From the IMG/VR virus record IMGVR_UViG_3300005805_000051, positions 44,996 to 108,995 of that record: a stretch of DNA of 64,000 bases. The stretch is one strand, 5' to 3'. Shown here one piece after another: positions 10,266-18,635 of the stretch. The stretch is from a virus. The notes below the pieces were generated by a model. It was not told where the DNA came from, made no database searches, and was given only the letters and a program-made list of their open reading frames with translations. Position 1 is the first letter of the stretch; each line of letters begins with the position of its first letter. A program made the translations under genes and the position numbers.

Positions 10266-10998
10266 CGCACTCGTCCTGCGGAACGCACCCCAGTTTCTTG
10301 CAGGCAACTATCGTATACTCCCTCGTAATGCGTTTCGCGGGGTGTTTCACGACGCTCCTCCCGACCGTCGAGTCTTGACCGGTCAGACCCTTCCAAATGT
10401 GCCAAACTTGACTTTTGTGCCGTTACTCAAGCAGCTTGGTGCGATTGCCAACCAGCGGACACCCGCAGGCGTGGCCGCATGGGTTAAAACCGCGACCTAT
10501 TTGCTTGGCCGGGTCGATGACGACGACCAGCGCGAAGTCATGCAGAAATACCAAACGCTAAAAAGCTTTAGTGTTTCTCCGTCGCAAATGTTGCCGGGAT
10601 TTCTCTATACCTTTCGCTATCAAGCAAAAGCAAATCAGTTTGACCGATTCCCCCTGACACTGGTATTAGACAAAGACAAAACCAGCATCTTGGGATTGAA
10701 CTTCCACTATTTGCCGTTAATCTGGCGGTTTGCATTCTTTGAAGCGTTAATGCCGTTGATTGCACCACTCCCTGTGTCTCAGCGGACACGGATTCTTGCA
10801 ACTTATCAACGTCTTTCTACCGGCACTAAATACTATTATTGGGAATCAACCGTGAAACGATACACGATGAAGCAGATTCAAAGTCGTGCGATATTCATAA
10901 CCCCGATTGAGTGGGCCGCGGCAATAGCGTATCCGAGCGATATGTTTATTCGGACAACATCCAATATAGTGTATACCCAGAGTCTTCGTAACAAGTAA
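10246..10998 (+). CDS. gp2: DNA end protector gp2
   Basis: PGFLYTFRY..DRFPL..GLNFHYLP..KRY; follows gp4. Confidence 0.85.
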   Translation: MATDPFDALVLRNAPQFLAGNYRILPRNAFRGVFHDAPPDRRVLTGQTLPNVPNLTFVPLLKQLGAIANQRTPAGVAAWVKTATYLLGRVDDDDQREVMQKYQTLKSFSVSPSQMLPGFLYTFRYQAKANQFDRFPLTLVLDKDKTSILGLNFHYLPLIWRFAFFEALMPLIAPLPVSQRTRILATYQRLSTGTKYYYWESTVKRYTMKQIQSRAIFITPIEWAAAIAYPSDMFIRTTSNIVYTQSLRNK

Positions 10999-10999
10999 T

Positions 11000-11734
11000 A
11001 TGTCGATTACATCCTTTCGTCCAGACGCGTTTTTTGCAAAAACGGCACATTTTGCCAGTCAAGGGCGCGGTCTATTTACGCTCACCCCTGATACCGCAAA
11101 AGCCACGCAAGGTGCAGTCGACGACGGGGGTCACATTCTTGATACGACAAAGACCTCCCGTGATTACAACAAAGCTAAAATTACCGAAGGTCTGGCGTTA
11201 TTATCGCGAGGATTGGTCGCTAAAAATTTTAGCATTCCGTCGCTACAATTGAATACCTATGAACCATTTAGCTACATGGGCCCCACCAAAAAAATGCCAT
11301 ATGGGTTACAGTTTAGTGACCTTGAGGTAGAATTTTATCTAATGGGGTCGTCTCAGTCCGAAGCTGGTTGCTTACATTATTTGTTCTCTCGTTGGATGGA
11401 AGGCATTGCGGGCCCGCGTGTTGGAAGTAACGAGTTTTCATTACCAGACAGCAATATGCCTACTTCAGACGCAACGGTGTTTGAAGTCGAATATTATAAC
11501 AACTATATCGCTAGTGCAGAAATTCGTATTTACTCACCTACGGATGAAGTTCTACCTACAGCAAATAATGTCACTTCTCCCTCTAAACCGCAAGTCATCA
11601 CCCTAGTCAAGTTTAGTGAACTTTTTCCGATTGCGTTAGGGCCGCTCCAACTTTCGTGGGAATCACCGGATGCTCCGTTGTCTTTGAGCGTAACTTTTGC
11701 TTACTACTATCATCGTGTTATTTCTGTCGTCTAG
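11000..11734 (+). CDS. Tail tube-like / baseplate-tube initiator (gp54/gp19 family)
   Basis: KKMPYG..F...WMEGI..YYNNY..FPIALG.LQLSW..LSVTFAY. Confidence 0.75.
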   Translation: MSITSFRPDAFFAKTAHFASQGRGLFTLTPDTAKATQGAVDDGGHILDTTKTSRDYNKAKITEGLALLSRGLVAKNFSIPSLQLNTYEPFSYMGPTKKMPYGLQFSDLEVEFYLMGSSQSEAGCLHYLFSRWMEGIAGPRVGSNEFSLPDSNMPTSDATVFEVEYYNNYIASAEIRIYSPTDEVLPTANNVTSPSKPQVITLVKFSELFPIALGPLQLSWESPDAPLSLSVTFAYYYHRVISVV

Positions 11735-11754
11735 TTTTTTTAGTGAGGTATATC

Positions 11755-12516
11755 ATGAAACTTCCGTTAGTTGATACATACGCATTTCCGGTAACCGTCC
11801 CGTCATCAAATACAAGCATCACGATTCGACCATTTTTGGTGAAGGAAGAAAAGCTGTTACTGATGGCACAGCAAAGCAAAAGTTACGACGAACAGGTCGA
11901 AGCGATTGCTCAAGTGATTCGTAACTGCACGAACAATCAAGTTGAGCCAAAAACCGCCCCCTTCTTTGATATCGAATATCTCCTGATTCAACTTCGCACT
12001 CGCAGTGTGGGAGAAACAATCAGTCCCTACTATGTGTGCCGAAATAAAGTAAATGAAGAAGAATGTGGGCACCGTACGGCGGTGACCATTAATCTCCAAG
12101 AAATCAAGGTGACAGACTTCGTTACCACTATTCCGGTGAAGTCACTACAGGTATCACCACGATATGTACTAAACCTTCGCTATCCAACTGTCTATACCGT
12201 GCAACGGCTGTTATTATTTAACGCTTCCGTAGATGACGCGGAACGCAGCAAACTGGCCGTAGATGTCGTCGATAGCTTGATTGACGTATTCGATACCCTC
12301 GAAGATAAAGATACCGGCACTCTGTATAAGTTTGACGACTTCAATCGAACACAAAAGATTGAGTTTTTAAACAGCTTGCTCTCGACCGATTACGAGAAGA
12401 TTACCCAGTTTGTGGCTGAGATGCCGACCGTGTATGTAGAAACATCATACACATGTGAAAAATGTGCGTTCGAACACAGCATCCGGTTACAGGGCATGTC
12501 GGATTTTTTAGGCTAG
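11755..12516 (+). CDS. gp26: Baseplate hub assembly protein gp26
   Basis: MKLP..VPSS..IRPFLVKEEKLLLMA..FDIEYLLIQLRTRSVGE..C..C...LQGMSDF; SD GAGG before ATG 11755. Confidence 0.92.
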   Translation: MKLPLVDTYAFPVTVPSSNTSITIRPFLVKEEKLLLMAQQSKSYDEQVEAIAQVIRNCTNNQVEPKTAPFFDIEYLLIQLRTRSVGETISPYYVCRNKVNEEECGHRTAVTINLQEIKVTDFVTTIPVKSLQVSPRYVLNLRYPTVYTVQRLLLFNASVDDAERSKLAVDVVDSLIDVFDTLEDKDTGTLYKFDDFNRTQKIEFLNSLLSTDYEKITQFVAEMPTVYVETSYTCEKCAFEHSIRLQGMSDFLG

Positions 12517-12698
12517 GGTTTCAGTATGATACGTTAGGCAATCACTTTCAAACGAACTTTGTGCTGATGCAAGACCACCACTGGTCGTGGACAGACATTC
12601 AGAACATGGTGCCGTTTGAACGGGACATTTACATCATCCTCTTGCGTCAGTGGGTCGAGAAAAAGAATGAGGAGACAAAGAGGCAGACCACACGATAA
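12504..12698 (+). CDS. gp51: Baseplate hub assembly catalyst gp51, probably reached by -1 frameshift from gp26
   Basis: NHFQTNFVLMQDHHWSWTDIQNMVPFERDIYIILL is the gp51 motif; no ATG precedes the conserved block; slippery site at 12504-12510. Confidence 0.85.
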   Translation, partial: FFRLGFQYDTLGNHFQTNFVLMQDHHWSWTDIQNMVPFERDIYIILLRQWVEKKNEETKRQTTR

Positions 12699-12708
12699 AT
12701 AGGCGCAT

Positions 12709-15174
12709 ATGGCAGAAAATCGCAATCCTTCAAAAAAAATATCCTTCGTGGAGCAGTTTTACAAGCCCGAAGCAGTTCAATCTGAGATGGCTAAGACATT
12801 TCTGAATGTCACAAAAGAGCTATCGGATAAAAAAGCAATGGCTCTAAAAAAGACTATTGCCCCGTTCGAGAAGCAAGTTGAAGGAACTTTAATTAGTTCT
12901 TCGGGTGAAAAGCAATCACTGGTTGAGTTATATTACAATCAGATTGCTGAGATTTATTATGGCTCCGCCGAAGCATCAACGGATATTATTAAGCGAGAAC
13001 TGCTTCCTACGTTGGAAGATATCAGTTCATCTCTTCGATCAGAAATTGCATTAAGTGACGAAGAAAAAGACCCTCTTCTAAAAATTATCGGAGAAGCACA
13101 AGATGCGTTAAAATCTCGCATCAGTGTTATTGGTCGTGTTGCGGCAAAAACAAAAGCTCTTGCCGGCAGTGGCGTTGTTCAATCGTTCCTCGCAGGGGCA
13201 GCGACCGACAACCCCCTAGTAGCATTAGCTGTATTTGCCGCTAGCAACCGACCAAACAAGAAAAAAACCGTCGAAATTGAAGAATCGCGCCGGCAAGCAT
13301 CAATGGAGCGAGGAAAAAAATCGTTTGCCGCATTAGACGAAGCGACTGCTCCTACCGCAACCAAAGAAGGTCGAGCAGGAACACGACCATCAGCAAAAGC
13401 GTTGTCATCGTCTGCTGGAGGCGATGGAGGATTTGCTCTTGGTGATGGGGAGGGTGGTGGTGGAGGTATTGCAGGCATTCTTGCAAAACAAACCACCACA
13501 TTAGAAAGCATTGACGCGTCGATGAAAGGTATGGTTGAACTGTTTAGTAAGCAGTTTGACCTTCAACAACGGCAGGCGGAAGAATCAACATTTGAAACTA
13601 GCTCTGCGGTCAAGATGACTAAAGAAAAAGCTGATGATGGCAAGGAAGAAAAAAAACAAAAAGGATTTCTGGAAACCTTACTTGGTGGATTTGTCGGAGT
13701 TGCAGACTTTATCAAAGGCTTACTTCCTAATTGGATGACCGAACTTGGTGGTAAACTTTTTGGAATGATTTCTACGCTTGGGAGTACCTTAAGTACCGCA
13801 CTTTCGTCTCTTGGTTCGACTCTTTCTGGTGCATTTTCAGCTCTCAAAGGTGGACTTTCAAGTCTTTTGTCAAATATTTTGCCCGCTGGAGCAGGAGCTA
13901 CCGCAGCATTTTTAGGTGGTGGATTGGCTGGTGTGGCGGCCACAGCCGCTACATTTAAAGCCATCAACGCAGGTCCAGCCCTTGTCGGAAGTGTTTACAA
14001 GAAAGCTAAAGAATACGGACTCGATCAAACAGGTTCAGTTACTGAAATTTCAAAACGTATTCGTGCCTATGAACAATCAAAAGGCATGACCCTTTCGAAA
14101 CAAGCCCGTGTTATTAATGAAGGTGGAAAACCTGTTCTCCTAGAAGAAGGCGATCCTCGATTGACCGCAGCACCGGCGGCCGCACCTGAAAAGGCTGCAT
14201 CATCTGCGGCACCTACATCTACTGGCACTCCGTCTTCTCCACCACCAGCTCCACCAGCCCCAACACCTTCGGCAGCACCAGCAGCAGCACCAACGCCTCC
14301 AGCACCTCCACCACCGTCTGCAACACCGACGCCTGCACCCACGGGCCCGGCTGCTGAATCATTGGGGAGTGTTGATGAAAACATGAAAATGATTATGCAG
14401 CATGAGGGCGTGCGGACACGACCCTATAAAGATTCTCTCGGACTGTGGACCGTTGGTGTGGGGCATCTCATCGGTGATGGAAAAACGCTCCCCCCTGAAA
14501 TGAACCGCGAATTTTCACAAGCGGAAGTCATGAGCATGTTCAAAAAAGATTATGAACATCATGCCACAGCCGCAGCAAAAATTCCCGGCTTCAACAAAAT
14601 GAATTCTACGGGCAAGGGCGCGCTCATCGACCTCACCTTCAATATGGGACCAAAATGGTATACAAAGTGGCCCAATACCGTAAAAGCTCTTAGTGCTGGA
14701 GATGCGGAAGGTGCGGCAAGTGGTCTTGAAAATTCAAAATGGTATCGTCAAGTAGGCAACAGAGCGCGAAAAATTGTTTCAATGGTTCGTGCAGGATTTT
14801 CGGGTAAACCCACAACCACCCCTGACGCTGCGTCTGGTAATGTCCCCACACGATTTGCCGAAGCTTCAACCGGCGGTGGTGCGGGAGGGGGAGCGGGTGC
14901 TGGTAGTGCAACCACATCTATGGCACAAGCATCTCCCTCAACTGGTGGTGCCCCAATAACAGCCGCTCCTGCTGGTGGTGATATGGTAGCCACAGGTCGT
15001 GCATCGATGACCCCAAGCTTACAAGTTGCCTCCGCTGCTCCGTCTTCAGGTGGTGTAGTTGTTGGAGGTTCAAGCACCAATGTCATCAACAACGGGGGTG
15101 GTGGACAACCGATGGGACGACTACCCGCACCAGTCGACGGGGAACCCGTTGTGCGTCGTGTGATTAACGCCTAA
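12709..15174 (+). CDS. Tape-measure-like protein (gp29 position) with a GH24 lysozyme domain
   Basis: Long helical Ala/Gly-rich region, Pro/Ala linker, then HEGVRTRPYKDSLGLWTVGVGHL..FNMG..SKWYRQVGNRA. Confidence 0.8.
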   Translation: MAENRNPSKKISFVEQFYKPEAVQSEMAKTFLNVTKELSDKKAMALKKTIAPFEKQVEGTLISSSGEKQSLVELYYNQIAEIYYGSAEASTDIIKRELLPTLEDISSSLRSEIALSDEEKDPLLKIIGEAQDALKSRISVIGRVAAKTKALAGSGVVQSFLAGAATDNPLVALAVFAASNRPNKKKTVEIEESRRQASMERGKKSFAALDEATAPTATKEGRAGTRPSAKALSSSAGGDGGFALGDGEGGGGGIAGILAKQTTTLESIDASMKGMVELFSKQFDLQQRQAEESTFETSSAVKMTKEKADDGKEEKKQKGFLETLLGGFVGVADFIKGLLPNWMTELGGKLFGMISTLGSTLSTALSSLGSTLSGAFSALKGGLSSLLSNILPAGAGATAAFLGGGLAGVAATAATFKAINAGPALVGSVYKKAKEYGLDQTGSVTEISKRIRAYEQSKGMTLSKQARVINEGGKPVLLEEGDPRLTAAPAAAPEKAASSAAPTSTGTPSSPPPAPPAPTPSAAPAAAPTPPAPPPPSATPTPAPTGPAAESLGSVDENMKMIMQHEGVRTRPYKDSLGLWTVGVGHLIGDGKTLPPEMNREFSQAEVMSMFKKDYEHHATAAAKIPGFNKMNSTGKGALIDLTFNMGPKWYTKWPNTVKALSAGDAEGAASGLENSKWYRQVGNRARKIVSMVRAGFSGKPTTTPDAASGNVPTRFAEASTGGGAGGGAGAGSATTSMAQASPSTGGAPITAAPAGGDMVATGRASMTPSLQVASAAPSSGGVVVGGSSTNVINNGGGGQPMGRLPAPVDGEPVVRRVINA

Positions 15175-15206
15175 AAAAAGCCCCGTTGGCCGAAACCAAC
15201 GGGGCT
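15173..15206. terminator. Intrinsic terminator between convergent genes
   Basis: AAAAAAAGCCCCGTTGG-CCGAAA-CCAACGGGGCT; U-tract on the minus strand downstream of gp32. Confidence 0.8.
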
Positions 15207-15227
15207 GAGTTCCACCCGACTTACGCA

Positions 15228-16154
15228 CTAATCATCATCAAACTTCCGCAGTCGTGCGTCGTCTTCGTCCTCGTCGTCATCACTGACACTCGGGGGCGTC
15301 CACGGGCGTGCCGAGGTTGGAACCGGCACGTCATCATCCTCATCCAGCTTCGCAACCGCAGGACGACGGGTGGCACTCACAGGGGCATCATTCGGCGTCA
15401 GGTATACTGACGTATCGAATGTCATCACCTTATCAAGCTTCTTCTTCAACTCTTCATACGACTTGAACTTCTCCGGTGCGACAATCTCCGTCAGCGACCG
15501 CAGCCCGTTCAGCACCTGAAGAATCGCGGTTTCGTTGCCCTTCAGCAGCGGTGACGGCGCTTCAAATGCAGAATCATCATAGTTGGGATAGCCCGCCTGC
15601 TTCTTCTGACGCAGACGGAAGTTCGCCCCGTCAATCACATGGAACGGATCAACCGGCTGATCATCCTCGAACTCCGGCTCAATCGCCTTCGTGATCTTGT
15701 CGAAAATCTTCTGACCGAAACGGAACAGAAACACCTTACCGTCGTTCTCGGGATTTCCCTTGTCCTGCACGACATAGATGTTTGCCACATAGGTCTTCTT
15801 ACGTGACTGCTTTCGTACCTGATCTCGCAGGGTATCATCCTTCGTCGCCCACATGCGTGAGTTGTAATCCCCAACGGGATCAGACTCTCCAATCGTCGTG
15901 CGACTCAGTTCGATATACCAGCCGTTCGGTCCTTCAAACGCATGACGATAGAACGACACAAACGGAATCGTCTCCGGCGGGGGCGCAGGAAGAAACCGGA
16001 TGATCGCGGACCCATTGCCTGCCTTATCGACGGTCGGCTTCCAATAGCCTTCGTCGTCGCGGGCCCCGCCTTCCTTCGTCTGACTCTTGACCGCCGCCTT
16101 GAGCTTATCCAGCGAACTACTCTTCAACAGACTCTGAAACTGAGATGGTGACAT
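15228..16154 (-). CDS. gp32: Single-stranded DNA-binding protein gp32
   Basis: WKPTVDKAGNGSAIIRFLPAP..NIYVVQD..GKVFLFRFGQKIFDKI..GANFRL..NYDDS; acidic tail. Confidence 0.97.
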   Translation of the reverse strand: MSPSQFQSLLKSSSLDKLKAAVKSQTKEGGARDDEGYWKPTVDKAGNGSAIIRFLPAPPPETIPFVSFYRHAFEGPNGWYIELSRTTIGESDPVGDYNSRMWATKDDTLRDQVRKQSRKKTYVANIYVVQDKGNPENDGKVFLFRFGQKIFDKITKAIEPEFEDDQPVDPFHVIDGANFRLRQKKQAGYPNYDDSAFEAPSPLLKGNETAILQVLNGLRSLTEIVAPEKFKSYEELKKKLDKVMTFDTSVYLTPNDAPVSATRRPAVAKLDEDDDVPVPTSARPWTPPSVSDDDEDEDDARLRKFDDD

Positions 16155-16191
16155 ACTCTTTCATTCTCCTTAACACTGACATTCCAAGCAA

Positions 16192-16218
16192 GATAGACAA
16201 TATAGACAGTATAGACAA
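16192..16218 (-). repeat. Three tandem 9-nt repeats in the gp32 leader
   Basis: Minus strand TTGTCTATA CTGTCTATA TTGTCTATC. Confidence 0.7.
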
Positions 16219-16219
16219 A

Positions 16220-16528
16220 TTAACCAAGTTTATCCAATAGAAACGAATTATCTTTCAACAATCGCCGACGAGACATCTCTTCCAACAGTGCCAACTTTAA
16301 GGTCGGGGTCAATAGCGGCTTTACGGATTCGTAATCCCGCTGGTAATATTCACAGAGTTCCAGAATCGCCTCGAAGTGCGATATCTGGTACCGTTGCACA
16401 ACGGTCAGCACCACTTTAGTAAACGCTTCCGGGGTAATCTCGGCATCTTGTTCCGGCAAGCGTTCATCTGCGTGTTGGAACATTTGTCCGAAACTACGAA
16501 CCGTGAGCGTAGAATTTGTGCTGTCCAT
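16220..16528 (-). CDS. gp33: Late transcription coactivator gp33
   Basis: F...V..V.....ISHFEAILELCE....DYESV..LL...LK..L..E; upstream of gp32. Confidence 0.75.
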   Translation of the reverse strand: MDSTNSTLTVRSFGQMFQHADERLPEQDAEITPEAFTKVVLTVVQRYQISHFEAILELCEYYQRDYESVKPLLTPTLKLALLEEMSRRRLLKDNSFLLDKLG

Positions 16529-17090
16529 ATGTCTTTACATGTTGTAACTGCTTTGACCACGCCGGCGAAATTGACACATGATGGAAGTGTGTGATGTTTT
16601 CGTACGACTCCCGTAGTATAGCACGATTTTGAAGAAATGTTTTAGCCATGTCGATATATTTTTGTGGTGGCACACGACGCCACTTCGCATAATCGGCTGT
16701 CCATGAAAATTGTGCAGCTTGATAAACGACACCACAGACAGTGTGTGGATACGCATCAGACGACATCCGGTTGAAAACTACCGCCGCGACCGCCTCAATG
16801 CCTGCTACGGGTTCATATGCCGATTCAAAGAAAATATTTTGGGCAAGACACAACACTTCATTCGTGACCCGCTTCGGTCGCGTGACTTTTGCGCGTTTCA
16901 CTGACTTAACTTTTTCTGGCGTACTCCGCTGTAATGTGGCCGGACGAATTGCAATATGGTCGACAGGGGTGAATGTGTATACATTTTTCGGACGATTCCC
17001 GATGCCTTGACTTATGGCCATGACAATCAGAGTCAGGGCTAACCCTCGTGACGCCCAAATCCGAATCGACGATTCTCGTTTTCGTGCCAT
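16494..17090 (-). CDS. SleB-like cell wall hydrolase (Hydrolase_2) with an N-terminal membrane anchor
   Basis: CLAQNIFFES..AVAAVVFNR..YPHTVCGVVYQ..QFSW..HFH..P.W..G.HKFY; SD GAGGAG before ATG 17090. Confidence 0.9.
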   Translation of the reverse strand: MARKRESSIRIWASRGLALTLIVMAISQGIGNRPKNVYTFTPVDHIAIRPATLQRSTPEKVKSVKRAKVTRPKRVTNEVLCLAQNIFFESAYEPVAGIEAVAAVVFNRMSSDAYPHTVCGVVYQAAQFSWTADYAKWRRVPPQKYIDMAKTFLQNRAILRESYENITHFHHVSISPAWSKQLQHVKTYGQHKFYAHGS

Positions 17091-17102
17091 TGCTCCTCGC
17101 TT

Positions 17103-17143
17103 GGAAAAAGAAAAACGCCGGTTTTGGGTCAGCGGAGCCGGCG
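17103..17143 (-). terminator. Terminator after the tmRNA
   Basis: GCGCCGG..CCGGCG followed by TTTTTCTTTTT on the minus strand. Confidence 0.55.
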
Positions 17144-17405
17144 CGCTGTGATGATCACTTCTGTTGCAAGGTGGAACATCGAACCCCTGACTCATGAATG
17201 AGTCAAGTAGCTGCTAGGCAGCCATTGCGAACTGATAGGTGTCAGTTGCGAGTGTCTCTGTTTAACGTCAGCGACTTGACGATAGCCTCCATAGCTTTCT
17301 GCCGATACTCTGTCGAATCCAAGTCACCCCCGTAAGTTTGAATGGTGGAGGTGGGCGGGTTCGAACCGCCGTCCAAAATATCCGAACGCTACTTCATCAG
17401 CTACA
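17110..17405 (-). ncRNA. ssrA: tmRNA, circularly permuted (two-piece)
   Basis: T-arm and CACCTCCACCA (ending 17343) precede GGGGGTGACTTGGATTCGAC (starting 17331); G3-U70 pair; tag ORF ATDTYQFAMAA* at 17249-17214; outer ends approximate. Confidence 0.9.
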
Positions 17406-17413
17406 TTCTGTAT

Positions 17414-18163
17414 TTATGTCAACACCGTCTGTTGTACCTCGGCAAACCGTGCCACGCGTTCTTCTAGCAACGGGCGCCAGAGTTCAGCCGAAGATTCTTG
17501 CCAAACCAACAGTTTCGGGCACAACTGTACAATCACGATGGTATCTATAGTACCACGACCCAACCATTCTGTCAACGCATCCGCATAAAATGTGGCTTGC
17601 AAGGCATAGTTAGTCACCCGATTGTCCGTTTTGGGTTTTTTGCCAGTTTTAAAATCAATCACCGCAAGACGACCATCGGTCAGTTCCGCACAAATGTCCA
17701 TGCGTCCAGCCACTTTATGACGCGTAGACATGATGCGTGACTCGGACAATAATACCGTGCGAATCCGCGCATTCAGCAGCGTTCCGATCGCCGCGGCCAT
17801 CGGTGGGTCAGATGGGTCTTTCAAATATTTCCACAGAGGCTGCCCCGTGATGAAGGATTCGCAGAAATCATGCCAACGGGTACCGTTTCCCGCGGCGGTT
17901 TTGGTGACTCGATCCGCTTCCACTGCCCCGACGCGTTTCCGCCACTTACGAAGTGCCGATTGCCCTTCATCATCAGTCGCACTCAGCAGTGTCGTAATCG
18001 ACGGATAGCGTTCTCCTTCGCTCGTATACCAACGTTTCCCGTCGTGATAGGTTTCACTCAAGGTGACGCGCAACGGTTGAGGGTCGTAGGTAATCGTCGA
18101 CGCAGGAATGTCAGCCGCATTCCAAAACGGATATTCATGAACATGCCATTCCTGTTGTGTCAT
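17414..18163 (-). CDS. PD-(D/E)XK exonuclease
   Basis: RWY..G.RYPSITTLL..WRKRVG..GT.WH..E..AGRMD..IDFKT..Y.LQ..Y. Confidence 0.9.
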   Translation of the reverse strand: MTQQEWHVHEYPFWNAADIPASTITYDPQPLRVTLSETYHDGKRWYTSEGERYPSITTLLSATDDEGQSALRKWRKRVGAVEADRVTKTAAGNGTRWHDFCESFITGQPLWKYLKDPSDPPMAAAIGTLLNARIRTVLLSESRIMSTRHKVAGRMDICAELTDGRLAVIDFKTGKKPKTDNRVTNYALQATFYADALTEWLGRGTIDTIVIVQLCPKLLVWQESSAELWRPLLEERVARFAEVQQTVLT

Positions 18164-18206
18164 AACCCTAGTATACTACACTTCTAAATAGAGATGGAGG
18201 TATCCT

Positions 18207-18380
18207 ATGAACGGTGTACTTGTTGGTATTGTTCTCGGGCTGTTGCTTGTTGCGTGGGCCGTCACAACATTTATCGGCAAAGAATCAGGCGGACATGATC
18301 GTGTGCCGTTTGACTCGCGAAACTCCCCGTCATTCGGAGGCTCCACGCACCATGACGATCATGATAAACCCCTTATTTGA
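18207..18380 (+). CDS. Small single-TM protein, 57 aa
   Basis: Late-type promoter CTAAATA at 18184, SD GGAGG, MNGVLVGIVLGLLLVAWAVTTFIGK..; below the ORF-track length cut-off. Confidence 0.65.
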   Translation: MNGVLVGIVLGLLLVAWAVTTFIGKESGGHDRVPFDSRNSPSFGGSTHHDDHDKPLI

Positions 18381-18397
18381 GTATAGCTGAGGTCTGT

Positions 18398-18589
18398 ATG
18401 GAACTAGTTGGAGGCGTTGTTTTTGCAGTTGTTTTTGCGGGTGTCCTCGGGTATGCGTTATTGGGAAGAAAATCCCAAGACTCCATCGAGGCCACGCGTG
18501 AAGAAATCTTACGACATCACGGGGTAGACGTTGACCCCGTGGATTTTCATAGTGATATCGACCCCGGCGACGACAATCGATTCATCTAA
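18398..18589 (+). CDS. Small single-TM protein
   Basis: SD GAGG, MELVGGVVFAVVFAGVLGYALLGRK then an acidic tail. Confidence 0.65.
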   Translation: MELVGGVVFAVVFAGVLGYALLGRKSQDSIEATREEILRHHGVDVDPVDFHSDIDPGDDNRFI

Positions 18590-18591
18590 CG

Positions 18592-18625
18592 AAAAAAGGA
18601 CGGGCATTTTACCCGTCCTTTTTTT
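18592..18625. terminator. Bidirectional intrinsic terminator
   Basis: AAAAAAGGACGGG-CATTTTA-CCCGTCCTTTTTT. Confidence 0.9.
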
Positions 18626-18635
18626 ATTGTACCAG

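Noticed and set aside
17091-17195. N-terminal extension of the SleB-like ORF in the ORF track
   Set aside because: It overlaps the tmRNA and its terminator; a strong SD precedes ATG 17090
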